From NCBI GenBank assembly GCA_965369655.1, contig CBDUQR010000006.1:19186-83185 (forward strand): a stretch of DNA of 64,000 bases. The letters are read 5' to 3'. Source of the stretch: an uncultured bacterium. Lineage in GTDB: Bacteria; Zixibacteria; MSB-5A5; JAABVY01; JAHJOQ01. Position numbers and translations under genes: made by a program. Below, one piece after another: positions 8,758 through 17,160 of the stretch (positions within the stretch are counted from its first letter, which is position 1; every line of letters begins with the position of its first letter). A model generated the notes under the pieces. That model was given only the letters and a program-made list of their open reading frames with translations, was not told where the DNA came from and did no database searches.

Positions 8758-10935
8758 CTAACCGAAGAGCGAGAGAACAACCTGCGGCACCTGATTGCCC
8801 TGAGCGAGCATCGCGACACCTGCCTGCAGCAGAATCTGAGCCCTGACGAAGTTTGACATTTCTTTCGCCATGTCAGTGTCACGGATGAACGACTCGGAAG
8901 CCGTCAGGTTCTGGTGTGCGATCCTGAGGTTAGAAAGGTTGGATTCCAGAGTGTTCTTCTGGAACGAACCGAGCGCACCTCTCCTGTTCGACACCTGATC
9001 GATCGCGGCGTCAATCACGACCTGAGAATCCTGAGCGCCGGCGACAGTCGTAACATTGATCGCACCGAGGTTCGTGAACATGTTACCGGCGATGCTCTTG
9101 CCGAGCGCAGATGCGGCCATGTTGCCCAGCGCGACGCGAGCCGTCTGGCCAACATTACCGCCGATCTGGAAGACCAGCGACTGATCGGTGTTGCTGATCG
9201 TCTCGGAACCGCCCTCTGACGAGAGGCCGTATCTGATGCTGAGCGACTCCGAACGATCGGAGTTGTAGATCACGGAATCCTGACCTCCGGTCACCGAAGC
9301 AGCAGGACCGCCATCGAGCCTTACAGCATATCTGGCAGCGTTGACGTCAAGCAACAGATTACCGAGGTTGACTCCGTTGATCGCCGTATTGGCTGTGATA
9401 TTGATCGAACCACGGCCTGTTTCTCCTGCGGCCTTGTTGTAAAGCGTTACGTTGCTCGTGCTGGCATACTTCACACTGGAGACCGTGTTAGTGTAGTTGT
9501 CGAACGAGACGAGCGCGTCAATACCGGCAATTGCAATCGTATCGGCAGTCAGACCCAGCACGTTCTGGGCTTCACCAGTGCCTGAACCATTGCTGACAGC
9601 CTGCAAGTTGTAGCTCGACCCCTCATCGTAGGTGAAGAACTGCAGTTTGTCAGTACCCTGGAGCGCCACATCCATATCGCCGGTAGAACCCTGAACAGTA
9701 CCAAACGCAGTTGTCAGCGCTGTCTGGATATCAGTGATCAGCGTGCTCATGGAAGTGAAGGTCTTGGTTGCGGCAGTTACAATATTCGCCGATGCGGTTG
9801 TGCCGCTGTTCTTGACAGTATTGAGTGTGAACTTCAGCAGGTCCTTACTGGTACCTCTGGTGGATCTGCTCGAACCCATGTCGACGATCGCCGAGGAGGC
9901 TGTCGACGTAGATGACGTCAGCTTCAGGCTGTACTGCGCGCCTCCGTTGATAGCCCTGAACTCGAGCTTGGAGCCGCCGGCCTGCAGCGTGGCAGCCTCG
10001 ATCTTGCCTGCAAGCTGAGCATTGTTCGCAATTGCGGCATTCCACTTGCCCAACTGCACCGAAACCGAATCACCAGTTGCAATCGCGATAGTCAGCGTCT
10101 GATCGCCGGAAACTGCCTCGCCATTCTGCTGGTAGTTCAGCACTGCGGTATAGTCACCTTCGTTGGCGAGAATCGCGGCGCCGAATGTGGAGACGGACGC
10201 AACAGTGGCCATCGTGGCCGCTGTTCCAAGCGTCAGCCCGTTGCCGAATCCATCGGAAATCGTGACCGCTGCCGAAGACTTCGTCGCACCAGCCGAAGCC
10301 TGGAGCACATCGACATTGTGGATGCCTTCGGTCAACTCGACCGGAGTACCGGTGCCATTCAGCGAGATACCGAGCGACGTCGTGTTAAGAGTCGCTGTGG
10401 CATCAGAGAGTTTGGTCGCCGAAATCGAATGTACTCCGCTTGTCAAATTGCTCTGGAGGATGGACAGTTGGGACGAATTCGCAGTTGTGATGGTTGCGAC
10501 ATTGTCCCTTGATCCATCGAGAAGCTTCTTTGTTCCGAACTGCGTGTTAGCAGCAATTCGGTCGATCGTCGAGATCGCGTTCTGAATTTCAGCCTGATCA
10601 GCGGCCAACTGGTTCGTGTCGTTGAACCCTTCGTTAGCTGCGTGAATGGCCAGTTCTCTCATCGAGATCAGCAGACTGTTGATCTCATTGAGAGCTCCCT
10701 CAGCAGTCTGGATCATGTTGATTGATCCTTCGGAGTTCGAGATCGCTCGATCAAGACCGGCGATCTGAGCTCTGAACTGCTCGGAAATTACCAAGCCTGC
10801 CGGATCGTCTGATGCACGGTTAATCCTGTAACCGGACGACAGCTTCTCCATCGAACTGGTGAGCGCTCTCGTGGTCAATGTCAGGTTACGATGCGCATCC
10901 AGGGCAGCAATGTTGTGGTTAATGCGTAAACCCAT
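8758..10935 (-). CDS. fliC: Flagellin (725 aa, large Ser/Thr-rich central domain)
   Basis: MGLRINHNIAAL...KLSSGYRINRASDDPAGL...QTAEGAL; C-terminal SESFIRDTDMAKEM...QILLQAG. Confidence 0.99.
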   Translation of the reverse strand: MGLRINHNIAALDAHRNLTLTTRALTSSMEKLSSGYRINRASDDPAGLVISEQFRAQIAGLDRAISNSEGSINMIQTAEGALNEINSLLISMRELAIHAANEGFNDTNQLAADQAEIQNAISTIDRIAANTQFGTKKLLDGSRDNVATITTANSSQLSILQSNLTSGVHSISATKLSDATATLNTTSLGISLNGTGTPVELTEGIHNVDVLQASAGATKSSAAVTISDGFGNGLTLGTAATMATVASVSTFGAAILANEGDYTAVLNYQQNGEAVSGDQTLTIAIATGDSVSVQLGKWNAAIANNAQLAGKIEAATLQAGGSKLEFRAINGGAQYSLKLTSSTSTASSAIVDMGSSRSTRGTSKDLLKFTLNTVKNSGTTASANIVTAATKTFTSMSTLITDIQTALTTAFGTVQGSTGDMDVALQGTDKLQFFTYDEGSSYNLQAVSNGSGTGEAQNVLGLTADTIAIAGIDALVSFDNYTNTVSSVKYASTSNVTLYNKAAGETGRGSINITANTAINGVNLGNLLLDVNAARYAVRLDGGPAASVTGGQDSVIYNSDRSESLSIRYGLSSEGGSETISNTDQSLVFQIGGNVGQTARVALGNMAASALGKSIAGNMFTNLGAINVTTVAGAQDSQVVIDAAIDQVSNRRGALGSFQKNTLESNLSNLRIAHQNLTASESFIRDTDMAKEMSNFVRAQILLQAGVAMLAQGNQVPQVVLSLFG

Positions 10936-10939
10936 TAGG

Positions 10940-10978
10940 AATCCTCCTTGAGTTTCCTTGTCGATCGTCCTTGTCGAC
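10940..10978 (-). promoter_or_regulatory. Three tandem CAAGGA CsrA-type binding motifs overlapping the fliC Shine-Dalgarno
   Basis: GTCGA-CAAGGACGA-TCGAC hairpin, then CAAGGAAA, then CAAGGAGG (the SD). csrA and fliW are in the window. Confidence 0.7.
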
Positions 10979-11164
10979 TAAGTCTGTTTAACTGGTAATG
11001 CTCGCCAATTAAGCCACATCCAATGTCTGCCAAGGTCCGAGCCACTCCGACCTTCAGTCCGGATTTTGAAAGAGCCCCGGTCTGCCGGCTCTTATCATAC
11101 ACCACCTTCCTTTCAATTCCTGTTCGGTTTTGGTTTTGTCTTTAGTCTAAGCCTTTTATTATCT

Positions 11165-11191
11165 TAATCGGCTTTTCGAGCGCTTCCTTTA
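11165..11191 (-). promoter_or_regulatory. Sigma28 (FliA) promoter of fliC
   Basis: TAAA-N15-GCCGATTA, against consensus TAAA-N15-GCCGATAA. Confidence 0.88.
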
Positions 11192-11505
11192 TATGCAAAT
11201 GCGTTCGATCATCTATACCTGGATATTGTCGTCAGTTTCCTGCGCGATCTTCAGTGACCGCCGCAAAAAAGCGCACTGCGCCCAATCACATTTGAAGCAT
11301 GGGTGCTCTATCCTGCTGAGCGCCTCGAAATTAGCTGCCTGTACTTTTTTCGATGTCCAGATTCTTCCCATGAAATACAAGCCTCGGCAGTATGCGGCAG
11401 CGTCGAAATATGTTGACTGGCAGCCGCTGATTCGTAAATTAGCGATTGCGATTTTGTTAATCTACTCGGCCCTGCCGGTGCCGAGCCGTGCAAGGAGTTA
11501 TCTCT

Positions 11506-12750
11506 ATGGTAGTCATAAAGCCGTTCAGGGGGCTCAGGCCAACACCGGATATAGCATCACAGGTAGCTTCGCCGCCATACGATGTCCTGAGTTCGGAGGA
11601 GGCGCGCCAAATGGCGAGTGAGAACCCGCACTCATTCCTGCATGTAGTCAAACCAGAAATCGACCTGCCGCCCGATACCGATCCATACAGCGACATCGTC
11701 TATGAGACGGCTGCGAAGAATATCAAATGGTTGAGAGATGAGAATATTCTCAGGCAGGACGAAACCGACTGCTATTATCTCTACCAGCTTCAGATGAACA
11801 GCCATATCCAGACAGGACTCGTGGCGGTCGCCTCGGTTCAGGATTATGACGGAAACCGGATCAAGAAGCACGAATTAACGCGACCGGTCAAGGAAGACGA
11901 TCGAACGAAGCACATCCTGACCTCGCGCGCCCAGACAGGCCCGGTGTTCTGCATCTACAAATCGAATCCCGAGCTGCGAATGATCTTCGGTCAGGTCATG
12001 AGTGAGAAGCCCGAAGTCTCGTTCTCTGTCGACGACGATGTGAAGCACAGATTCTGGAAAATCAGCGACAAAGACAAGGTGGAGAAGATCACCTCTGTCT
12101 TCGCGGGATTTCAGGAGATATACATAGCCGACGGCCACCACAGATCGGCTGCGGGATCACGTGCGGCGAAGAAGCTTAAGAAGCTGAACGCGGGTCACAC
12201 AGGAAAAGAAGAGTACAACTACTTTCTGACGGTCATTTTCCCCGACGATGAAATGCAGATACTTCCGTACAATCGCGTGATCAAAGATCTCAATGGAATT
12301 ACCGACGAACAGTTTATGGACCGTCTGGCCGAGGTATTCCAGATCGAAACGACTCCTGATCCATCGGAAGCGGAACCTGACAAACCCTACACTTACGCGA
12401 TGTACATGAATGGTGCGTGGCATCGTCTGACCTATTCTCAGACGCCCGACTTATCCGACCCGATCGAGTCTCTCGACGTGCAGGTACTGGCGAAAAACGT
12501 ACTTGATCCGATCCTGGGGATCGACGACCCGCGCACGGACCCGAGAATCGATTTCATCGGCGGAATCAGAGGGCTGAGCGAACTCGAAAAACTGGTCGAC
12601 TCCGGCAAGTGGAAAGTCGCTTTCGCGCTTCACCCGACCAGTGTCGATCAACTCCTGAAGGTTGCAGACGCCAACAAGGTGATGCCGCCCAAATCGACCT
12701 GGTTCGAGCCGAAGCTGCGCAGCGGAATGGTTGTTCATCTCATAGATTAG
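11506..12750 (+). CDS. DUF1015 family protein
   Basis: PFRGLRP...ASPPYDV...IKKHELTR...YIADGHHR...PYNRV...MPPKSTWFEPKLRSG; ATG at 11506 follows AAGGAG. Confidence 0.9.
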   Translation: MVVIKPFRGLRPTPDIASQVASPPYDVLSSEEARQMASENPHSFLHVVKPEIDLPPDTDPYSDIVYETAAKNIKWLRDENILRQDETDCYYLYQLQMNSHIQTGLVAVASVQDYDGNRIKKHELTRPVKEDDRTKHILTSRAQTGPVFCIYKSNPELRMIFGQVMSEKPEVSFSVDDDVKHRFWKISDKDKVEKITSVFAGFQEIYIADGHHRSAAGSRAAKKLKKLNAGHTGKEEYNYFLTVIFPDDEMQILPYNRVIKDLNGITDEQFMDRLAEVFQIETTPDPSEAEPDKPYTYAMYMNGAWHRLTYSQTPDLSDPIESLDVQVLAKNVLDPILGIDDPRTDPRIDFIGGIRGLSELEKLVDSGKWKVAFALHPTSVDQLLKVADANKVMPPKSTWFEPKLRSGMVVHLID

Positions 12751-12785
12751 TGTACTGAAACAGGCAATACAAGGAGACTACTGTA

Positions 12786-13664
12786 ATGAAAATTCTTATC
12801 TCTGATGCGTTCGACGCATCGCTTCCGGAGAAGCTCTCGAAATATGGCGAGATTACCGACGACAAGAGCCAGCTTCCAGACGCCGAAATCGTACTCATCA
12901 GGAGCAAGACCAAGTGCACGAAAGAGTATATCGATGGCGCCCCCAAACTGAAGTACATCATTCGCGGAGGCGTTGGTCTGGACAATGTCGATCGCGACTA
13001 CGCCAAACAGAAGGGCGTTCTCGTGAACAACACTGCTGAAGCTTCGGCTATTGCCGTCGCTGAGCTCGCTTTTGCGATGATGATATCGATGCCCAGTAAT
13101 CTGTTCCCCGGCAACGAGTCGATGAAAAAGGGCGAGTGGCTCAAGAAACAACTCAAGCGGACTGAACTGTATGGCAAGACTCTCGGCCTGCTCGGAGTCG
13201 GCAACATCGGCACTGAGGTGGCAAAAAGGGCAAAAGCGTTCGGCATGAAGGTTCTCGCCTATGACCCGTATGTCAGCAGCCATGAATTCGCCGAGATGGT
13301 GACAGACTTGAATGACTTCGTATCGAAATGCGATTTCATCTCATTGCACATGCCGCTGACTGACGACACTAATGGCATTGTAAACAGCGATCTCATTGCA
13401 AAGATGAAGGACGGCGTGTATATCATCAACACCAGTCGCGGCAAGTGTGTTGTCGAAGATGATGTCGCCGCCGCTCTCGAATCGGGCAAGATTAACGGCT
13501 ACGCTACCGATGTCTGGTACAGCGATCCGCCCGAGAATACACCGCTGACCAAGGTGCCGAATACAGTTTGTCTTCCTCACATCGGCGCATCGACGAAGGA
13601 AAACCTCCTCCGTATCGGAGACGTCATAGATCGCCTTATAGGCGAGTACGTGAAGGGCAAATAG
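12786..13664 (+). CDS. serA: D-3-phosphoglycerate dehydrogenase, short form without ACT domain
   Basis: RGGVGLDNVD, AVAEL, GLLGVGNIG, INTSRG and PHIGAST motifs; adjacent to serC. Confidence 0.82.
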   Translation: MKILISDAFDASLPEKLSKYGEITDDKSQLPDAEIVLIRSKTKCTKEYIDGAPKLKYIIRGGVGLDNVDRDYAKQKGVLVNNTAEASAIAVAELAFAMMISMPSNLFPGNESMKKGEWLKKQLKRTELYGKTLGLLGVGNIGTEVAKRAKAFGMKVLAYDPYVSSHEFAEMVTDLNDFVSKCDFISLHMPLTDDTNGIVNSDLIAKMKDGVYIINTSRGKCVVEDDVAAALESGKINGYATDVWYSDPPENTPLTKVPNTVCLPHIGASTKENLLRIGDVIDRLIGEYVKGK

Positions 13665-13681
13665 CTCGAAAGGAGAATTTG

Positions 13682-14761
13682 ATGGCTGAGCGCATATACA
13701 ATTTCAATCCGGGACCGTCTACGCTTCCCCTGTCAGTGATCGAGAAAATGCGGGCGGAGCTTACCGACTACATGGACACGGGTATGTCGATCCTCGAAAC
13801 GAGTCATCGGTCGCCCGAATTCAAAGACGTTCACGCTGAGACCAAGGCGCTGGTGAAACAAATCGCAGGACTCTCCGATGATTATCACATCCTGTTCACA
13901 GGCGGAGGTGCGAGTCTGCAATTCGCCATGATTCCATTGAACTTTTTGCAGGATGGCAAATCAGCCGACTATGTCAATACCGGCACATGGTCGAAGAAAG
14001 CGATCAAAGAAGCACAAATAGTCGGCAACGTGAATATCGCAGGATCGAGCGACGACAAGAATTTCTCATATCTGCCGACGGACCTGAACCTAAGCGACGA
14101 CGCCTGCTACCTGCACGTGACATCGAACAACACGATTGTCGGAACACAGTGGCATCAGTTCCCTGACAGCAAGGCTCCACTGATCTGCGATATGTCGTCC
14201 GACATATTCTCCCGCACGCTTCCATTCGAGAAGTTCTCGATGATCTATGCGGGCGCGCAGAAGAACCTCGGCGCTGCTGGTGTGACGCTTATCATCCTGC
14301 ACAAGGATCTCGCGGCACAGGCGAAGAGTGGCATGAACACAATGCTCTCGTACGAAACTCATATCGAGAAAGACTCGATGTTCAACACTCCGCCATGTTT
14401 CGCGATTTACATCGTGAAGCTCGTGCTCGAATGGATCAGAGATCAGGGCGGGCTGGCGGCGGTCGAGAAGGTCAACAATCAGAAACAGAAACTGCTCTAT
14501 GACACAATCGACTCTTCAGACGGCTACTTCAAGGGTACAACCACAGAAGACAGCAGATCATGGATGAATGCGACTCTGCGCATGCGCGATGAAGATATCG
14601 AGAAGAAATTCATCGCCGAGGCGAAAGCGATTGGCCTGCATGGCCTGAAGGGTCACAGATCGGTCGGTGGCGTCAGGGTCTCGATGTACAACGCAATGCC
14701 TCTCGCGGGTATCGAGAAGCTTGTCGGATTCATGGCCGATTTCAGGAAAGCCAATCCATAG
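13682..14761 (+). CDS. serC: Phosphoserine aminotransferase
   Basis: YNFNPGPSTLP, SHRS, GGGASLQF, DMSSD, YAGAQKNLG and GHRSVGG motifs; start at MAERIYNF. Confidence 0.97.
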   Translation: MAERIYNFNPGPSTLPLSVIEKMRAELTDYMDTGMSILETSHRSPEFKDVHAETKALVKQIAGLSDDYHILFTGGGASLQFAMIPLNFLQDGKSADYVNTGTWSKKAIKEAQIVGNVNIAGSSDDKNFSYLPTDLNLSDDACYLHVTSNNTIVGTQWHQFPDSKAPLICDMSSDIFSRTLPFEKFSMIYAGAQKNLGAAGVTLIILHKDLAAQAKSGMNTMLSYETHIEKDSMFNTPPCFAIYIVKLVLEWIRDQGGLAAVEKVNNQKQKLLYDTIDSSDGYFKGTTTEDSRSWMNATLRMRDEDIEKKFIAEAKAIGLHGLKGHRSVGGVRVSMYNAMPLAGIEKLVGFMADFRKANP

Positions 14762-14790
14762 TCATCTCGACGTTATCAAGACGAAAGAAC

Positions 14791-14826
14791 AGCCCCGGTT
14801 GCATACATACAGCCGGGGCTTTTTCT
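14791..14826 (+). terminator. Intrinsic terminator of the DUF1015-serA-serC operon
   Basis: AGCCCCGGTT...AGCCGGGGCT followed by a T-run. Confidence 0.85.
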
Positions 14827-14848
14827 TGTCCAACTTACTTGAGTTCCT

Positions 14849-15114
14849 GTGAGTGGCAGACGTCCTCATCTGCCCCGTTGGGTCTGCAACTGCTGGAATG
14901 CGGCAGACCGGGAGAGGTTGTCCAAAAAGTAGGTCGTGTTCCAAACCTGATGTAATCAGGTGAGAAACGCGACACTTCTATCTTGTTGTCCGAGAGTCGG
15001 GTTTTCGGTCGCTGATCCCGATCCCCGAGGGACTTGCAGGCTTCGCCTGCTGCGGAACGCCGACCTACTGGAAAACAGGACTTATGGGACACCCTCGGGA
15101 AGTCTGCCAGCCAC
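14849..15114. repeat. Outer REP-like doublet (GTGR-NTGGCAGAC ends) enclosing the GTAG element
   Basis: Left end GTGAGTGGCAGAC; right end GTCTGCCAGCCAC. Arms GAGGTTGTCC and GGACACCCTC flank the inner element. Confidence 0.65.
14929..15068. repeat. GTAG-type REP doublet (REPIN-like), copy 1, intergenic
   Basis: Ends GTAGGTCGTGTTCC...GGAACGCCGACCTAC; near-identical to 23129-23267. Confidence 0.9.
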
Positions 15115-15143
15115 AAAACATCGACTCGTCATAGCTGCGCAGA

Positions 15144-16124
15144 TCAGTCAGGCGAACCTAACCAGATACCGCTCCCCCGATCAACGCAATATATCCCGGA
15201 ACTGGAGGTCGAGAGATCGATGGAGAATTCCAGCTTGTCGTAGTTCTCGTGCCAGTATGGTTCGATGAAGTTGATCTGGTAGTGGCCGGGCAGCAGATCG
15301 CTGATCTCGAATTCAACGTCAAAGAGGCAGATACAGTCACACAGCCCCTCCACTTCAATCTCCTCTACTGTTATCACATTCCCGCTGATGGAGATATTCC
15401 AGTCCATGACCGGGCAACAGTTGAATACGGCATTCACATGCTGCAGATGCAGCACCATATCCTCAGTGTAGTTGTACACGATACAACTCTGACTCGGATC
15501 GATGCTGTCTGCTGAACCGTCAACAAACCAGCCATCGGGCTTGCAGCCAATCAAATCGACGAATGCTCCCGATGGGCCATCCGATTCCTGCCATGGATAG
15601 TGACCTCTCTCGACACAGAAAACCCCCGACTTCGATTCCACCAGATCGATAGTGAACCGTAACGGTTCGTCTCCATCTCTGAGATAAAGTTCTTCAACGA
15701 ATATCGTGTACACACCCGGCTCGACATCGTGTATCTCATAGTCAAGATCGAACAGGCAGAGGCAATAACAGCCATATCCTTCAGGGAATGACTCAGACTC
15801 GGTGATCACGATATCCTTCCCCTCCACGGCCACTGTCGCGGCAATCAGAGGACAGCAGTTGAAACCAGCGTTGACATGGTGAAGATAGAGAATGGAATCG
15901 CCAACATAATTGTACTCTATACAACTCTTGCTGTCAGGCAGAGTGTCAATCGCGGTAGACAATTGGTAGCCACCACACCCGCTTTGCCCGACCAGAGCGC
16001 CGGTAGACACCGGAGGTTCAGGCATATTGGTTTGCCTGTCACTGTCGCAACCCTGTGTCAGAAACAAAAGCAGCAGGAGAGCGAGGAAACAGACAGGCTT
16101 CGATTCATACATTCTTGTATTCAT
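15144..16124 (-). CDS. Cys-rich lipoprotein with two internal repeats, function unknown
   Basis: Hydrophobic signal peptide with lipobox LTQG|C; HVNAxFNCCP...CxCxCLFD occurs twice; SD GGGAGG precedes the ATG at 16124. Confidence 0.8.
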   Translation of the reverse strand: MNTRMYESKPVCFLALLLLLFLTQGCDSDRQTNMPEPPVSTGALVGQSGCGGYQLSTAIDTLPDSKSCIEYNYVGDSILYLHHVNAGFNCCPLIAATVAVEGKDIVITESESFPEGYGCYCLCLFDLDYEIHDVEPGVYTIFVEELYLRDGDEPLRFTIDLVESKSGVFCVERGHYPWQESDGPSGAFVDLIGCKPDGWFVDGSADSIDPSQSCIVYNYTEDMVLHLQHVNAVFNCCPVMDWNISISGNVITVEEIEVEGLCDCICLFDVEFEISDLLPGHYQINFIEPYWHENYDKLEFSIDLSTSSSGIYCVDRGSGIWLGSPD

Positions 16125-16287
16125 ATCATTCCTCCCGATCATTGTCGATACCGGATATGGTTATCCCGCAAATTTCCAGACGCTTTCGCTGGACTTGCTT
16201 ATAATATATGACGATTCGACGCGCGAATCATCAAATACTTTGTCTATAATTATTTACGCTGTGAGAGGCTCGAAGATCCGGAACAAT

Positions 16288-17160
16288 CTACTCGATCCTG
16301 CCCGCTCTGGGAGCGTTGCTGCCCTCGAATATCCAACCGATCAACGTTACGACATCATCGACGTCGAGCTGACCATCGCCGCTCGGATCGGCTGCGTTCC
16401 AGAATTCTGGTGGGACGCCATTCGAGAATATGTAATCGAGCATGAACACGATGTCATCTATGTCGACATTCCTGGAATTGTCCGCGTCACCCCAAACGTA
16501 CTGCAGAGACATACCGATTGATCTGACGAACAGTTGTCTCAGCGGTTCCGTGTTTACCACACGCGATATGTAAGTTGCCCTGCCGTCACCGAATCGGTTC
16601 GTGAGCGCACTGATGGACACTTCGTTCCCGTCACAGTACCAATACGCGAGAACATCCACATCCGGATGCGGCACGACAAGCCCGCCGAATGCGATTCCGC
16701 ATTCCGTGCGATCGAGCAGCATCCCATCCGACAATCCGAACTCATCGCCGGCATCGGTCGCGTAGACCTCTCCCGAGCTGTTGACATACATCAAACAGCC
16801 GAACCAGTCGACTATCGGATTGACTGAATCGGATGGCACAAGATACAGCGGTATTCCACCTCCGCAGAGTAATCCGCCGCCCATCCTGATGAATCGATCT
16901 ATGTTGTTTACCTGACAGGCGATTGCGGCGCTCCTCGAAAAGAGAATCAGCGCGGAGTAATCGTGCACATCGAGCGGATCGGGAACATAATCGAGAAACT
17001 CGAACCGGTGCGGCATCTGACTCAGGAGATTAGAGAGAGTTGCGTCGGGTGGAAGTATGCCCGAAACAGAATCGGTCACGATTGCGATCCGATTCTGCGA
17101 GAGTGCTGTCACAGGCGCCAGCAACAGTGTTAGCGCCACTATCAAAACGCCACGAGTCAT
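16288..17160 (-). CDS. Secreted protein with possible GATase-like fold and C-terminal dockerin-like pair
   Basis: Signal peptide; IDRFIRMGGGLL and NRFGDGRATYI; GDADNSRNVDIDDIVFMLDYIF...ADPSGDGQLDVDDVV. Confidence 0.75.
   Translation of the reverse strand: MTRGVLIVALTLLLAPVTALSQNRIAIVTDSVSGILPPDATLSNLLSQMPHRFEFLDYVPDPLDVHDYSALILFSRSAAIACQVNNIDRFIRMGGGLLCGGGIPLYLVPSDSVNPIVDWFGCLMYVNSSGEVYATDAGDEFGLSDGMLLDRTECGIAFGGLVVPHPDVDVLAYWYCDGNEVSISALTNRFGDGRATYISRVVNTEPLRQLFVRSIGMSLQYVWGDADNSRNVDIDDIVFMLDYIFSNGVPPEFWNAADPSGDGQLDVDDVVTLIGWIFEGSNAPRAGRIE

Noticed and set aside
10980-11160. c-di-GMP riboswitch in the fliC leader
   Set aside because: I could not find the GEMM consensus elements. Only generic hairpins are supported.
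11193-11500. 142-aa ORF in the fliC/DUF1015 divergent region
   Set aside because: No motif or SD; it overlaps DUF1015 and the region is more likely promoter DNA.
14835-15268. ORFs spanning the intergenic repeat; the 93-aa one shares DRDQRPKTRL with the 614-aa protein
   Set aside because: The similarity comes from the DNA repeat itself. There is no SD or other coding evidence.
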